Below are positions 40,116 to 49,320 of a stretch of 64,000 bases of DNA, one piece after another. Position 1 is the stretch's first letter. Every line of letters starts with the position of its first letter. The DNA is taken from NCBI GenBank assembly GCA_045539875.1, contig JAZQGF010000005.1, positions 46,341 through 110,340 of the forward strand, given 5' to 3'. Source of the stretch: Acutalibacteraceae bacterium (GTDB taxonomy: Bacteria; Bacillota; Clostridia; Oscillospirales; Acutalibacteraceae). The translations under genes were made by a program, and so were the position numbers. A model generated the notes under the pieces. The model was not told the origin of the DNA, searched no databases, and saw only the letters and a list, made by a program, of their open reading frames with translations.

Positions 40116-40820
40116 TTATCCTGCGCAGGCTCGTTCGGGCTTGATAAGTTCACCCTGTTTAAGGAGCGAAAGGAGCCTGATATTCTGCTTTGCCGTGCCC
40201 TTGTAATCCTCAATTCCGTTTGCCTGAGCGATTGTTTTACGGGCGGAATAGCCGCTGTTTTCGCCGATTGACTTGAGTGCATCAACGATTGAGGTTTCGT
40301 CTTTATCGCACTTTTCAAAATATCTTGAGGCCGCCGGATAAGTTATCCACGGGCACTTGCCCCAGGATTCCCACGGTCTGTCTTTGAGTTCTGTTTCAAC
40401 AACGCCGTAATTGAATCCTCTCGCCTCAATCACCCTTCCCCCTCCGACATAAACGCCGACATGACCCGGCATAAAAACAAGAATTCCGGGGATTTCGGGC
40501 ATGGAATAGATTCTTCCCCTTTCTTTGCATTTGAGAAGCATTCCGTTTGCGGAAACATCCTGAGAAGAGTTGTATGCGGGCTTTGAATCGGGGCTTTCGC
40601 TCCAGAGATAGCCCTTTATAAGTCCCACGCAGTCGTGCACTCTTTCGCCGAGCTGCGATTTATATTTTTCCATTCTCGCCTGCTGATAATGCGCAGGATA
40701 CTGCCCCTTTTTCCTTTGAAGAAGGTCGCTCGTTGCTGTGTTGCCGAAAGTGCCGTACCAATACGGTCTGCCAAGCTGAGCCGCTGCATATTCAACAAGT
40801 CCTTTGTTTGTTTTCATCAC
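40116..40820 (-). CDS. Phage-type endolysin (NlpC/P60-like cysteine peptidase with C-terminal cell-wall-binding domain)
   Basis: PYWYG, DCVGLIKG, GHVGVY..VIEARG; SIVDALK..YKGTAKQN tail. Confidence 0.8.
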   Translation of the reverse strand: MMKTNKGLVEYAAAQLGRPYWYGTFGNTATSDLLQRKKGQYPAHYQQARMEKYKSQLGERVHDCVGLIKGYLWSESPDSKPAYNSSQDVSANGMLLKCKERGRIYSMPEIPGILVFMPGHVGVYVGGGRVIEARGFNYGVVETELKDRPWESWGKCPWITYPAASRYFEKCDKDETSIVDALKSIGENSGYSARKTIAQANGIEDYKGTAKQNIRLLSLLKQGELIKPERACAG

Positions 40821-41041
40821 ATCTCACCTCCGCCGAGCGATTTTACCACACCGTTCCAGACTGCAGAAATGCCTGCCGCAAGCGCAGCAACAAGCATTGA
40901 AATTCCAACCTTTTTGAATGCATCAAAATCCGTTACTCCGAGCAGCACATCAACCGATATCGCCGATAAAAATGCCTGCATAAAGGTTTTTCCTGCTCTT
41001 TCAATAATATCAGTAATAATTCTTTTTGTTTCTTCCCTCAT
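40817..41041 (-). CDS. Holin-like protein
   Basis: ERAGKTFMQA followed by two transmembrane segments; directly upstream of the lysin. Confidence 0.7.
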   Translation of the reverse strand: MREETKRIITDIIERAGKTFMQAFLSAISVDVLLGVTDFDAFKKVGISMLVAALAAGISAVWNGVVKSLGGGEM

Positions 41042-41042
41042 A

Positions 41043-41309
41043 TTATCCTCCTGTAAAATATGCCGCAGCGGCACTCACCGCCGCACCGACAAGCGCAAAA
41101 ATAAACCTGTCCCAAAGTGTTCCCGGTCTGGATTTAAGCGCTTCAATAGTCGCTTTAAGTTCTCCTACAAGTGCAAGCAGATTGTTGAGAGTGGTTGTTG
41201 TTGCAACCAGCGATTTATCAATTCCGTTATATTTTCCGAAAAGCTCTTTTATATTTTCTTCCGCCTGAATCAAACGGTGCTCAATCTCAGTTAAGGTTAT
41301 TTCACTCAT
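41043..41309 (-). CDS. Phage lysis-region coiled-coil protein with C-terminal transmembrane segment
   Basis: Heptad-rich, PGTLWDR followed by a hydrophobic tail; XhlA-like position. Confidence 0.55.
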   Translation of the reverse strand: MSEITLTEIEHRLIQAEENIKELFGKYNGIDKSLVATTTTLNNLLALVGELKATIEALKSRPGTLWDRFIFALVGAAVSAAAAYFTGG

Positions 41310-42201
41310 TGTCGGCCTCTTCCGCAAGCTTTTCAATATATGTTATTCTGACCTTCTTCAGACAGAAGCCGGCAATGTATTCCGCTATCAGATTAATTTC
41401 ATTGATAAAAAACACCTTGCATACCGTTGTCAGCATAGTTTCGCTGTCCGAAAACACTTTATGGCAATTTATAATATACGGCTTTCCGGAATCATAACCG
41501 AACATATCCCGTAAATCTATCCATTCGGGAAATCCCTCATAATCCACATTAAGCTCAACAGATTTAATTTCAGCATCTGCCGGCACCGCAAAACTCTCAA
41601 TATCGGAATATGAAATTATGCTTAAAACATTGCCGCTTGCCTTTGCAACTTCTGCATCAATCTCACCATCTTCAACCGACAAAACAACGCTTTTTTCTTC
41701 TCCGCGCTTACATACATTTTTTCCGTTATACATAAGTCTGTTTTCCCTTTCTTCAAAAAGACTGATTACCGCGGAATTACCGTGGCTGTGTCTTTCTTTG
41801 CTGTTAAGAATAACCCGATTTTTCAACAGATAATCATTTTTATCAATCTCGCTTTCTGCTCCCGAAATCGAGGGCATCAACCGGATTTTTGAAACCATGG
41901 GGCTTTTGCACAGAAGCATATTTTCTTCCGAATATCCCTCAAGCTGTACGCTCAGGTAATGATTCTGTGTCAGATGCGCTCCTAGCATAACCTCAAACGC
42001 TTCAGCGGGTTCAAAATGCTCCGAACGAAAAATCTCATCTTTAGAAAGAAACACAGCAACAAAAAAGCTGCTGCCGCTTTCCAGAAGCTCCGCTGAAGGC
42101 TTTATGATAAGCTTCGTTGCATTGTTTTCGCCGATATATCCTGCATCCGAACCGCCCGACAGCGGATTTTCATTATTAAAATCAATTGTTAATTCTCGCA
42201 T
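41302..42201 (-). CDS. Hypothetical phage tail/baseplate-like protein
   Basis: N-terminal GYIGENNATKL resembles BppU-type N-domains; HSHGNSAV..L motif; upstream of lysis genes. Confidence 0.45.
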   Translation of the reverse strand: MRELTIDFNNENPLSGGSDAGYIGENNATKLIIKPSAELLESGSSFFVAVFLSKDEIFRSEHFEPAEAFEVMLGAHLTQNHYLSVQLEGYSEENMLLCKSPMVSKIRLMPSISGAESEIDKNDYLLKNRVILNSKERHSHGNSAVISLFEERENRLMYNGKNVCKRGEEKSVVLSVEDGEIDAEVAKASGNVLSIISYSDIESFAVPADAEIKSVELNVDYEGFPEWIDLRDMFGYDSGKPYIINCHKVFSDSETMLTTVCKVFFINEINLIAEYIAGFCLKKVRITYIEKLAEEADNE

Positions 42202-42467
42202 TTTTCCTCCCCGACATTAAAATTCCCGTTTGGCGAAACATTCTCCTCAAGAACATCGCACCAGAGCCTTGCCTGAAAAATAAAGTCCAGAAGCATTGAA
42301 AGCTTCGTTTCAACCGTGCGATATTCATGCGGCCTCAGATTGTTTCTTTCAGACTTGCCTGCAAAAAGATTGAATAAATCTCCCCCGATAACGCCGGCAT
42401 ATTCAAGCTGCTGTCTGAGCTCTCCTACAGGGATTTCTTCTGTGTTTTCGTTTAAAAAATTTTCCAT
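42189..42467 (-). CDS. Hypothetical protein
   Basis: 92 aa ORF heading the leftward operon. Confidence 0.55.
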   Translation of the reverse strand: MENFLNENTEEIPVGELRQQLEYAGVIGGDLFNLFAGKSERNNLRPHEYRTVETKLSMLLDFIFQARLWCDVLEENVSPNGNFNVGEEKCEN

Positions 42468-42497
42468 ATTTATCGTATCTCCCGTTTATTGTATAAT

Positions 42498-42667
42498 TGT
42501 TTCGTGTTCGACACAAAGAAAAGCAAAAAAATAACTTTCACTCCTCACCCTCTTATATATGTGTCGCACTCAACACTTCTATATTAGCGGCAAAAATTGT
42601 CGTTGTCAACACTTTTTTGAATTTTTTTCATAAAAATGTTGCGTTTGTGAAACATTTGTGGTATTAT
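42498..42667. promoter_or_regulatory. Divergent promoters with four operator-like palindromes
   Basis: TGTKTCG-N4-CRACAC-like sites at 42498, 42560, 42596 and 42637. Leftward TTGACA-17-TAATAT (42609-42581); rightward TTGCGT-17-TATTAT (42639-42667). Confidence 0.7.
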
Positions 42668-42699
42668 TCATTAAAACAGCGGTTACAGGGGTGAGTTAA

Positions 42700-43062
42700 A
42701 TGCTCGGAGAAAAAATAAAAAAGCTGAGAAAAGAAAATAAAATGACTCAGACTGAGCTCTCAGAAAAGCTCAACAGTCAGTTCGGACTTAATACCGACCG
42801 TGTTATGATAAGCAAGTGGGAAACCGAATTCCAGACACCGATAGTTTCAACCCTTTCGTGTCTGGCACAGCTTTTCGGCGTTTCTCTTGACTATCTCAGC
42901 GGTGCGGAAAGCGAAGAGAAAGTGCAAAAAAACAACATAGAGGCGGCCAAGGTTGCCCTTTTTTCGGGAGCCGAAGAGGTTACCGACGAAATGTGGCAGG
43001 AGGTTGTTGAATTCGCAAAATTTGTTGAAGCAAGGGAGGCGAAAAGAAACGAGAACAAGTGA
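42700..43062 (+). CDS. XRE-family repressor (ImmR/CI-like)
   Basis: IKKLRK..TQTELS..ISKWE..LAQLFGVSLDYL. Confidence 0.9.
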   Translation: MLGEKIKKLRKENKMTQTELSEKLNSQFGLNTDRVMISKWETEFQTPIVSTLSCLAQLFGVSLDYLSGAESEEKVQKNNIEAAKVALFSGAEEVTDEMWQEVVEFAKFVEAREAKRNENK

Positions 43063-43465
43063 GCTTTATGAAATCGCAGAAAGAAACGGAACGGAAATCA
43101 TCTGCTGCGATCTGCCGCAGACGCGCTCGGCTTCGGTAAGAACCGCTGCAGGCAGATGCTGCATAGGAATTGACCCGTTTCAAATAGAAACGACGGCAGA
43201 GGAAAGGGTGCATCTCGCCCACGAAATCGGCCATTGCGAAACATTTGCATTTTATAACGCATATTCACCGTTTGAAATCCGTTCAAAGCAGGAACTGAAG
43301 GCAGACAGATGGGCGGTTTCAACGCTTGTTCCCGTACAGGAACTGACCGAAGCATTGAAACACGGAATAAACGAAATCTGGGATTTGGCGGAACATTTTG
43401 ATGTTACGGAAGAATTCATAAGAAAAGCCATCAGAATTTACCGACTCAAAGGAATCGCCATTTAA
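43049..43465 (+). CDS. ImmA/IrrE-family metallopeptidase (anti-repressor)
   Basis: LAHEIGH, E..ADRWA, LAEHFDVT. The start is uncertain: an ACG codon lies 9 nt after GGAGG. Confidence 0.85.
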   Translation, partial: TRTSELYEIAERNGTEIICCDLPQTRSASVRTAAGRCCIGIDPFQIETTAEERVHLAHEIGHCETFAFYNAYSPFEIRSKQELKADRWAVSTLVPVQELTEALKHGINEIWDLAEHFDVTEEFIRKAIRIYRLKGIAI

Positions 43466-43530
43466 CAGGCAATTAATAAAAAATAAAAAATGGCTTGTAT
43501 GGGTTCAATCGCCCATGCAAGCCTTGTTTT

Positions 43531-43980
43531 TTATTCTTCCATCTGCTTTCCGAGGAATGATGCGGCAATCTGTGCAAGCTTTGTTTCAGTCTGGGTAGGG
43601 CATGAACCGTTGTCGTTCATAAGCATCACAAGCGCACCCGAAACATCACCGCCTCCAACTATCGGAAACGCAACCGCAGCCTCTCTGCCATAGCCCTCAA
43701 CAGGCTTCATTCGCTCACTGTCAACGCAGCATACATAGTTTTCGCGTTTTTCCATAAGGCTCTCAAGACTGCCGCTGATGCGTCGGTCAAGAACTTCCTT
43801 TTTGGAAACGCCTGCGCACGCAATAACGCTGTCCCTGTCGGTAATAATAACCGCAAGACCCGTACCCCTTGCAAGCACCTCGGCATACTGAGCCGTAATC
43901 GAAGAAAGCTCTCCTATAGGTGAATATTTTTTAAAAATAACCTCCCCGTCAGAATCCGTATAAATCTCCAACGGGTCGCC
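43531..43980 (-). pseudogene. spoVT: 3' part of interrupted spoVT
   Basis: GDPLEIYTDSDGEVIFKKYSPIGEL..ITDRD..IACAG..AASFLGKQMEE matches SpoVT from about residue 30 onward; the N-terminal part is missing. Confidence 0.9.
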
Positions 43981-45696
43981 GTCACTGATAACATTGACAC
44001 TGTAAACCTTGTCCGAGTGATTTCTGCTCACCTGGACTATTTCAGTTGATGCGATATCTACAGTGCCTGAATTAAAATTTGCGGCGTCCTCCAAGGGTTC
44101 GGGAAGCGTTCCGCATCTGAGAATCATATCAATATCGCGCTGAAGCTTTATTTCAATATGATCCTCAAAAACATAAATTGCTTCGATTATCAGCTCGAGA
44201 TCATTTCGCTCGAGCTTTTCTTTTGTGAGAATATCAGAGAAAATATCGATTGCAGTTTTTGCAACACGGTTAACTCTTATAATTGTGTTGCGTTTGTCCG
44301 AGAGCAAATCAAGCTGATGATTCAAGCCGTCAATCTTTCTTTGCAAATCAGATTCAAGCTCGTCGTACATATCTTCAATATCCGCTTCACGGTCAGGATT
44401 TTTCATAATTTCACGGATACGCATACGTTTTGTCACCTTAAGTTCTTCGTTCAGATCAACGAGAACCTTAGCGATATTTTCTGCAGTCTGCTCGGTTTCT
44501 TCGATATTCTCATTTTCGTGTTCAAGGTCAGCATTGAGCTGATCAATCATAGCTGCAGAATTCTGCATGACTTTTTCAACGTAAAGCTTTACGACTTCAT
44601 CAAGCTTGTCCACACGGATATGATGACTTGTGCAACCTTTGAGTCCTCTTCTGTGATAGGTTCCACAGGTATAGGCAGATTTTCTTGACTGTCCGCCCGT
44701 AGCAAACATCGGACTTACGCAATCACCGCATTTAAGAAGGCCTGAATAAACATTATCGTTGATTTTTACTCCGCGGTAGTTGTTGCGTGAACGGCTTTCC
44801 ATAGCTGCACGGGCAAGAGCGAAAGTATGGTAATCAATAATTGCCTGATGATGATCTTCATGGATAATATGGTTTCCGTCATCAAGTTTTTTGCTTTTGC
44901 CGTTGATTTTTACTCTGGTATATTTGCTTTGTCTCAGAGTGCCGATATAGAAATCGTTCTGAAGGATACCGTGAATCGTTTCGATTGCCCAGACAGATTT
45001 GACCTGACGCTTGTATTCTTTGCCTTCAGCTTCCTTCCGCATCTGCTCTGACATTCTCGGCGTCGGAACACCGCTGTCGGTCAGATAATTTGCGATGCTG
45101 TTATAACCCATACCTTCATTAATATAAAGGTCAAAGATTTTTCTGACGATCTCTGCTTCTGTAGGAACAATCTCAAATTTCTTATGGGTATTGATGATAT
45201 AGCCGTAAGGCGCGGCACAAATCCACTCACCGTCATTCTGGCGACGTTCAATAACGTTCTTGACTTTTCTTGAAGTTTCCGTAACAGGCATTTCGTTCAT
45301 AATAAAATGAATTGAAATTTTAAACCAGTCGTTGTTATTGGGGAAATCAACGTTATCACCAATAGATATGATACGCACACCTTCGTCACGGAAATTTTCC
45401 AATTCCATAAGCCCCTGACTGGTACGGCGCGAGAATCTTGAAAAGTCTTTTACGATAAGAATATCGTATTTATGAGATAAAAGACCCTTTCTCAATTCCT
45501 GATAGCTTTCACGCTGGTCAAAGGTGTAACCTGAACGGTCTCGTTCTTCAAAAAAGGTGAGATCGCTGCCGGGAAAATTGATTTTTACATAATCGGCAAT
45601 AATTGCCTTCTGGTTTTCAATTGAAATATTATCGCGGTCGAGTTCATCATCGACCGAAATGCGGACATAGCCCGCAATATTGAACTTTTCTGTCAT
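43531..45696 (-). CDS. Large serine recombinase fused in frame to SpoVT C-terminal part
   Basis: GYVRIS, KDFSRFSR, APYGY, CGDC zinc ribbon, coiled coil; then GDPLEIYTD..KKYSPIGEL..FLGKQME. Confidence 0.93.
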   Translation of the reverse strand: MTEKFNIAGYVRISVDDELDRDNISIENQKAIIADYVKINFPGSDLTFFEERDRSGYTFDQRESYQELRKGLLSHKYDILIVKDFSRFSRRTSQGLMELENFRDEGVRIISIGDNVDFPNNNDWFKISIHFIMNEMPVTETSRKVKNVIERRQNDGEWICAAPYGYIINTHKKFEIVPTEAEIVRKIFDLYINEGMGYNSIANYLTDSGVPTPRMSEQMRKEAEGKEYKRQVKSVWAIETIHGILQNDFYIGTLRQSKYTRVKINGKSKKLDDGNHIIHEDHHQAIIDYHTFALARAAMESRSRNNYRGVKINDNVYSGLLKCGDCVSPMFATGGQSRKSAYTCGTYHRRGLKGCTSHHIRVDKLDEVVKLYVEKVMQNSAAMIDQLNADLEHENENIEETEQTAENIAKVLVDLNEELKVTKRMRIREIMKNPDREADIEDMYDELESDLQRKIDGLNHQLDLLSDKRNTIIRVNRVAKTAIDIFSDILTKEKLERNDLELIIEAIYVFEDHIEIKLQRDIDMILRCGTLPEPLEDAANFNSGTVDIASTEIVQVSRNHSDKVYSVNVISDGDPLEIYTDSDGEVIFKKYSPIGELSSITAQYAEVLARGTGLAVIITDRDSVIACAGVSKKEVLDRRISGSLESLMEKRENYVCCVDSERMKPVEGYGREAAVAFPIVGGGDVSGALVMLMNDNGSCPTQTETKLAQIAASFLGKQMEE

Positions 45697-45804
45697 TTTT
45701 TACACCTCTTTTCTGCTATCAAAGTTATCTGTTTTTGCTTTGTGTTATTACAGACAACATTGTATAACAAATTCCGATAAAATTCAAGTGGAAAATTAAA
45801 TTTA

Positions 45805-46053
45805 TCATAAAGCCGCTTGTTTTTCTTTCTTAACTTCAAGCTCGGGAATGCGGCGTTTGTTATATGCAAGCAAATCAAGCGTGCCCTGATACAAATCCTT
45901 TTCTCCGGATTCAAACACGGCAACAAGATATTTCATTTCTTTATATTTCTTATAAATGTCGTTCAGACCCTCTCGAAGAGCGGGGTCATTTTTTTCGGCA
46001 TTTGTAAGCCATATATCGACAATTTTTTTGTCATCTCTGACGTTAATTTCCAA
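45805..46053 (-). CDS. Hypothetical mobile-element protein (candidate directionality factor)
   Basis: 82 aa ORF between relaxase and recombinase, AAGGAG RBS. Confidence 0.6.
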   Translation of the reverse strand: MEINVRDDKKIVDIWLTNAEKNDPALREGLNDIYKKYKEMKYLVAVFESGEKDLYQGTLDLLAYNKRRIPELEVKKEKQAAL

Positions 46054-46059
46054 ATAGAA

Positions 46060-47052
46060 TCACACTCCTTTCTCCTTATTTTTACTTGTGGCGGCTTCTT
46101 TATTCGCCGCGTTATTCCTTGCGATTTTTATAAGTTCGGGCGGTAGACCATCAACTGTTTTCCTCAGTTCTTCAAGTTCGCTGAGCTTCTGATTGATTTC
46201 AAGCTTTCTCTGCACGCTGTCTTTTGATGCAGAGTCAAGCTTCTTTTCGAGTTCACTGACTTCTTCGGTCAGCTCCTTATATGCCTTATCGTATCTTTTC
46301 AGCTTTGTTCTCAAAGCTTCAACTCCGGGAATATATCTTTCAAGAAGAGCTTCAAGCTCCTCGGTTTTTGTCTTTTTATTGATTATGTTTGTATCCGCCA
46401 TCAGGGTCATAATCTGTTCCTTCATGCGGTTAAGATGCACAGCTTCTTTGAAAAGCGAGGGAGGAATATGAGATCTTCCCGTCACGCTTGCGCTTTCGCC
46501 GCGCTCCATGTCGGGATACTTCTTCACCATGTGTTTCCAGAATTCATCCTGCCACCAGGTCAGCTTTTTTCTGTTGCCGACTATGTCTTTTGCACTCAGT
46601 CTGCCGTCTTCCGTTATCGGAACGAACGACAGATGCATATGCGGTGTTTTTTCATCAACGTGAATAACCGCAGATATGATTCTTTCTTTGGGAACGTGTT
46701 TCAGAATGAATTTCAGTGCATGTTCAAAATATTCTCTGATCTGTGCTTTCTTCTTGCCCTTGAAAAATTCGGGACTTGCTGTTATCAGCGTTTCAACAAC
46801 TCTGACGCTGTCTGTTCTTGTTCTGCAGCCTGCGGCTGCAATCTGTCTTTCCGCTTCTGCACGGTATTTTGAATTCGGTTTAACAAGATGAATGTTGTAT
46901 TTGCTTCTCTCGGTATCAACGTCGGGATTACTTGCATAAACCTCTTTCGTGCGTTCATTATGTGCCTCAATTCTGCTGATTTCGGGACCCTTGTATTTTG
47001 CAAATCTCAGTATTGCGTGCTGACTTTTCGTTTCTTTGCCTATAAAAATCAC
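46060..47052 (-). CDS. MOBV (Mob/Pre) relaxase
   Basis: HAILRFAK, HNER, HVDEKTPHMH, coiled-coil tail. Confidence 0.92.
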   Translation of the reverse strand: MIFIGKETKSQHAILRFAKYKGPEISRIEAHNERTKEVYASNPDVDTERSKYNIHLVKPNSKYRAEAERQIAAAGCRTRTDSVRVVETLITASPEFFKGKKKAQIREYFEHALKFILKHVPKERIISAVIHVDEKTPHMHLSFVPITEDGRLSAKDIVGNRKKLTWWQDEFWKHMVKKYPDMERGESASVTGRSHIPPSLFKEAVHLNRMKEQIMTLMADTNIINKKTKTEELEALLERYIPGVEALRTKLKRYDKAYKELTEEVSELEKKLDSASKDSVQRKLEINQKLSELEELRKTVDGLPPELIKIARNNAANKEAATSKNKEKGV

Positions 47053-47621
47053 TCCTTGTTTTCTTTGATATATTTTTCAAGATGTTCAATACAGTTGTTA
47101 CAGAAAAGGTCGTCAACAACCTCGTTCTGTTCTTCCTTTGTGCCTGTGTCGAGAAGCTCTGCCATGTATTCGGTAACCTCAAGCATACGGCAGGCTTCGG
47201 CAAATCTCGGATGCAGTTTTTCATCCGCGGTTTTCGGTGCATAGTCAGTCATCCATTTCCGCAGAATGCGGTTGTAATCGCAGAGAACACGCACACATCT
47301 GTCATGTCGTTTCTGTTTTTCCTTATAGAAATTCAGTTTTGAATTAACGGAAATTTTCATTGTTTCAATGCCGTAATCGTCTGCAATTCTCTGCGCCGCA
47401 TCGGCGGCAGACAAGCTGAGATGTTCAGCGACAAGACTGATAACGTCACCCTTTGCGCCGCAACCGAAGCAATAATAATATTTGTTGTTGAGTTTCATGC
47501 TCGGTATACGGTCATCGTGAAACGGACAGCGGACCATCGAGTTTTTACCGATATCCATCCCGTATTTCTCTGCTGCCATGCGCAGATTTACTTTTGATCT
47601 GACAGCCTCATAAATTGACAT
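47049..47621 (-). CDS. CHC2 zinc-finger (primase-type) protein
   Basis: CPFHDDRIPS..CFGCGAKGDVI. Confidence 0.88.
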   Translation of the reverse strand: MSIYEAVRSKVNLRMAAEKYGMDIGKNSMVRCPFHDDRIPSMKLNNKYYYCFGCGAKGDVISLVAEHLSLSAADAAQRIADDYGIETMKISVNSKLNFYKEKQKRHDRCVRVLCDYNRILRKWMTDYAPKTADEKLHPRFAEACRMLEVTEYMAELLDTGTKEEQNEVVDDLFCNNCIEHLEKYIKENKE

Positions 47622-47953
47622 AAATAACTCCTTTCGTTTTTAAAAATAGAAACGGACCGTAAGCAAAGCTCACAGTCCGATAAAGCAATATTAAGTTTTC
47701 TATGGTTTTTTCATTGCATCACCGCCCTTCAATATCATTATACGGTGAAAAAGTGTATACCTCTGAAATCCGCTGTTTCTGCAATTTTGCCATGCGATTT
47801 GGTCCGAAAACTTGCAAATCTGCAAATTTTCAGTGTTTTCCACTGCTTCAGAGTCCGTTTTTTGGGACATTAAAAATTATATTATATAGGTGTAAGATAC
47901 GTTAATTGCCAAAGTGAAATTCGGATTTTCAAAGAAAAGAAAGGAAAAAAGTT

Positions 47954-48340
47954 ATGGAAAATGTTTTTATCACGATAACAGGAGTCAAGAATTATTTCGG
48001 CATGAAACCGTTCAAGATCGGTAAGATTTTCAGAATCGTCAAAGAAGACGATAACGATTATGACGAAGAAGCAATACGCGCCGAGCTTCCCGCTATCGAC
48101 ACAATCGGCTACGTTGCCAACAGCACAAACACCGTTTATGCAGGAACTGTCAGCGCAGGCAGACTCTACGACAAAATTGATGATTATGCCTATGCTCAGA
48201 CAATGTTTATCACTCATTCGAGCGTTATCGCACTTGTGCTTTCACCCGATGAGGTTGAAGGCGACAAAGATGCTCCGCCCGTCAAAGAAAAGGAATCGGG
48301 TAACAGTAAACCGAAAACCAAAGCAAAAATCGGATTTTAA
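47954..48340 (+). CDS. HIRAN-domain protein
   Basis: TITG..E.DNDYDEEAI..IGYVAN. Confidence 0.75.
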   Translation: MENVFITITGVKNYFGMKPFKIGKIFRIVKEDDNDYDEEAIRAELPAIDTIGYVANSTNTVYAGTVSAGRLYDKIDDYAYAQTMFITHSSVIALVLSPDEVEGDKDAPPVKEKESGNSKPKTKAKIGF

Positions 48341-48352
48341 GAGGGAATAAAT

Positions 48353-48421
48353 ATGATATGGTTATTTGTCTTGTTATTGGGATTATCGGCGTTTTATAAA
48401 GAGTGGACAAAAGGATTATAA
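48353..48421 (+). CDS. 22-aa hydrophobic micro-peptide
   Basis: MIWLFVLLLGLSAFYKEWTKGL with GAGGG RBS. Confidence 0.45.
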   Translation: MIWLFVLLLGLSAFYKEWTKGL

Positions 48422-48433
48422 GAGGTGTTGAAT

Positions 48434-48499
48434 ATGTGGGTAATTGCTCTGATTGCATTGTCGGTTGGAGTATTCATTAATGAAATTTCCAAAGATTAA
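48434..48499 (+). CDS. 21-aa hydrophobic micro-peptide
   Basis: MWVIALIALSVGVFINEISKD with GAGGTG RBS. Confidence 0.45.
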   Translation: MWVIALIALSVGVFINEISKD

Positions 48500-48513
48500 A
48501 GGAGGACTGATAA

Positions 48514-49320
48514 ATGACATATTTACGCGGAACACCGGGAGACAGAATTGTCGATTTGCGTAAGAATAAAGGCTGGAGTCAGGAAGAACTTGCAAATCAG
48601 GTTAATGTCAGCAATTCAACAATCAGCAGAATTGAGAAGGGAGAATCACAAAAAATCGACAGCGATGTGATTCTGAGTATCGCAAAAATTTTCGGGGTAT
48701 CAACAGATTTTATCCTCGGACTTTCCGATGATCCCGAACCGAAAAATTTCAGTATAGGTGAACTCGGTCTGACTTCCGAAGCTGCAAAGAAAATTTATAC
48801 GGGAGAGATTGACCCCGATATTCTGAATATGCTGCTTGAACATCCGGACTTCGGAACATTGTTAAATAAAATCGCTCATTTTTTCAAAGGTACTTTTGCC
48901 GAAGGATTTGCAGCGCAGAACCTGCTTTATGAAATGCTCAGCAGAAGCGTATGCGGAGAAGATGAAATTTCAAAGCAGGTGTCGGAAGATATACGTAACG
49001 CAAAAACTCCGGTATATCAGGCTGACCTGACCATGATTGAAAACGGATTTATGTCCATCGTAAAAGATATAAAGAAAACCGTCGACACCGATTTTTCACA
49101 TTCAAAAAAGCTTACGCAAGAAATTTTTGCGGACATCAGGCAGAGCCTTGTCAAAGGTGGCGGCAGTCTGTCATACAGAAGAATAACAGCAGAAAAAATG
49201 GCAGATGCTGTTATTGACCAGATCAGTAACTTCGACGGTATTACTCAGGAAATGAAAGATAATCTTCGCAATGCTTTGATACCGATTTTCGTAAAACCGC
49301 AGAAAGGTAAGCACAGATGA
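48514..49320 (+). CDS. XRE-family transcriptional regulator
   Basis: LRKNKGWSQEELA..TISRIEKG..STDFILG. Confidence 0.88.
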   Translation: MTYLRGTPGDRIVDLRKNKGWSQEELANQVNVSNSTISRIEKGESQKIDSDVILSIAKIFGVSTDFILGLSDDPEPKNFSIGELGLTSEAAKKIYTGEIDPDILNMLLEHPDFGTLLNKIAHFFKGTFAEGFAAQNLLYEMLSRSVCGEDEISKQVSEDIRNAKTPVYQADLTMIENGFMSIVKDIKKTVDTDFSHSKKLTQEIFADIRQSLVKGGGSLSYRRITAEKMADAVIDQISNFDGITQEMKDNLRNALIPIFVKPQKGKHR

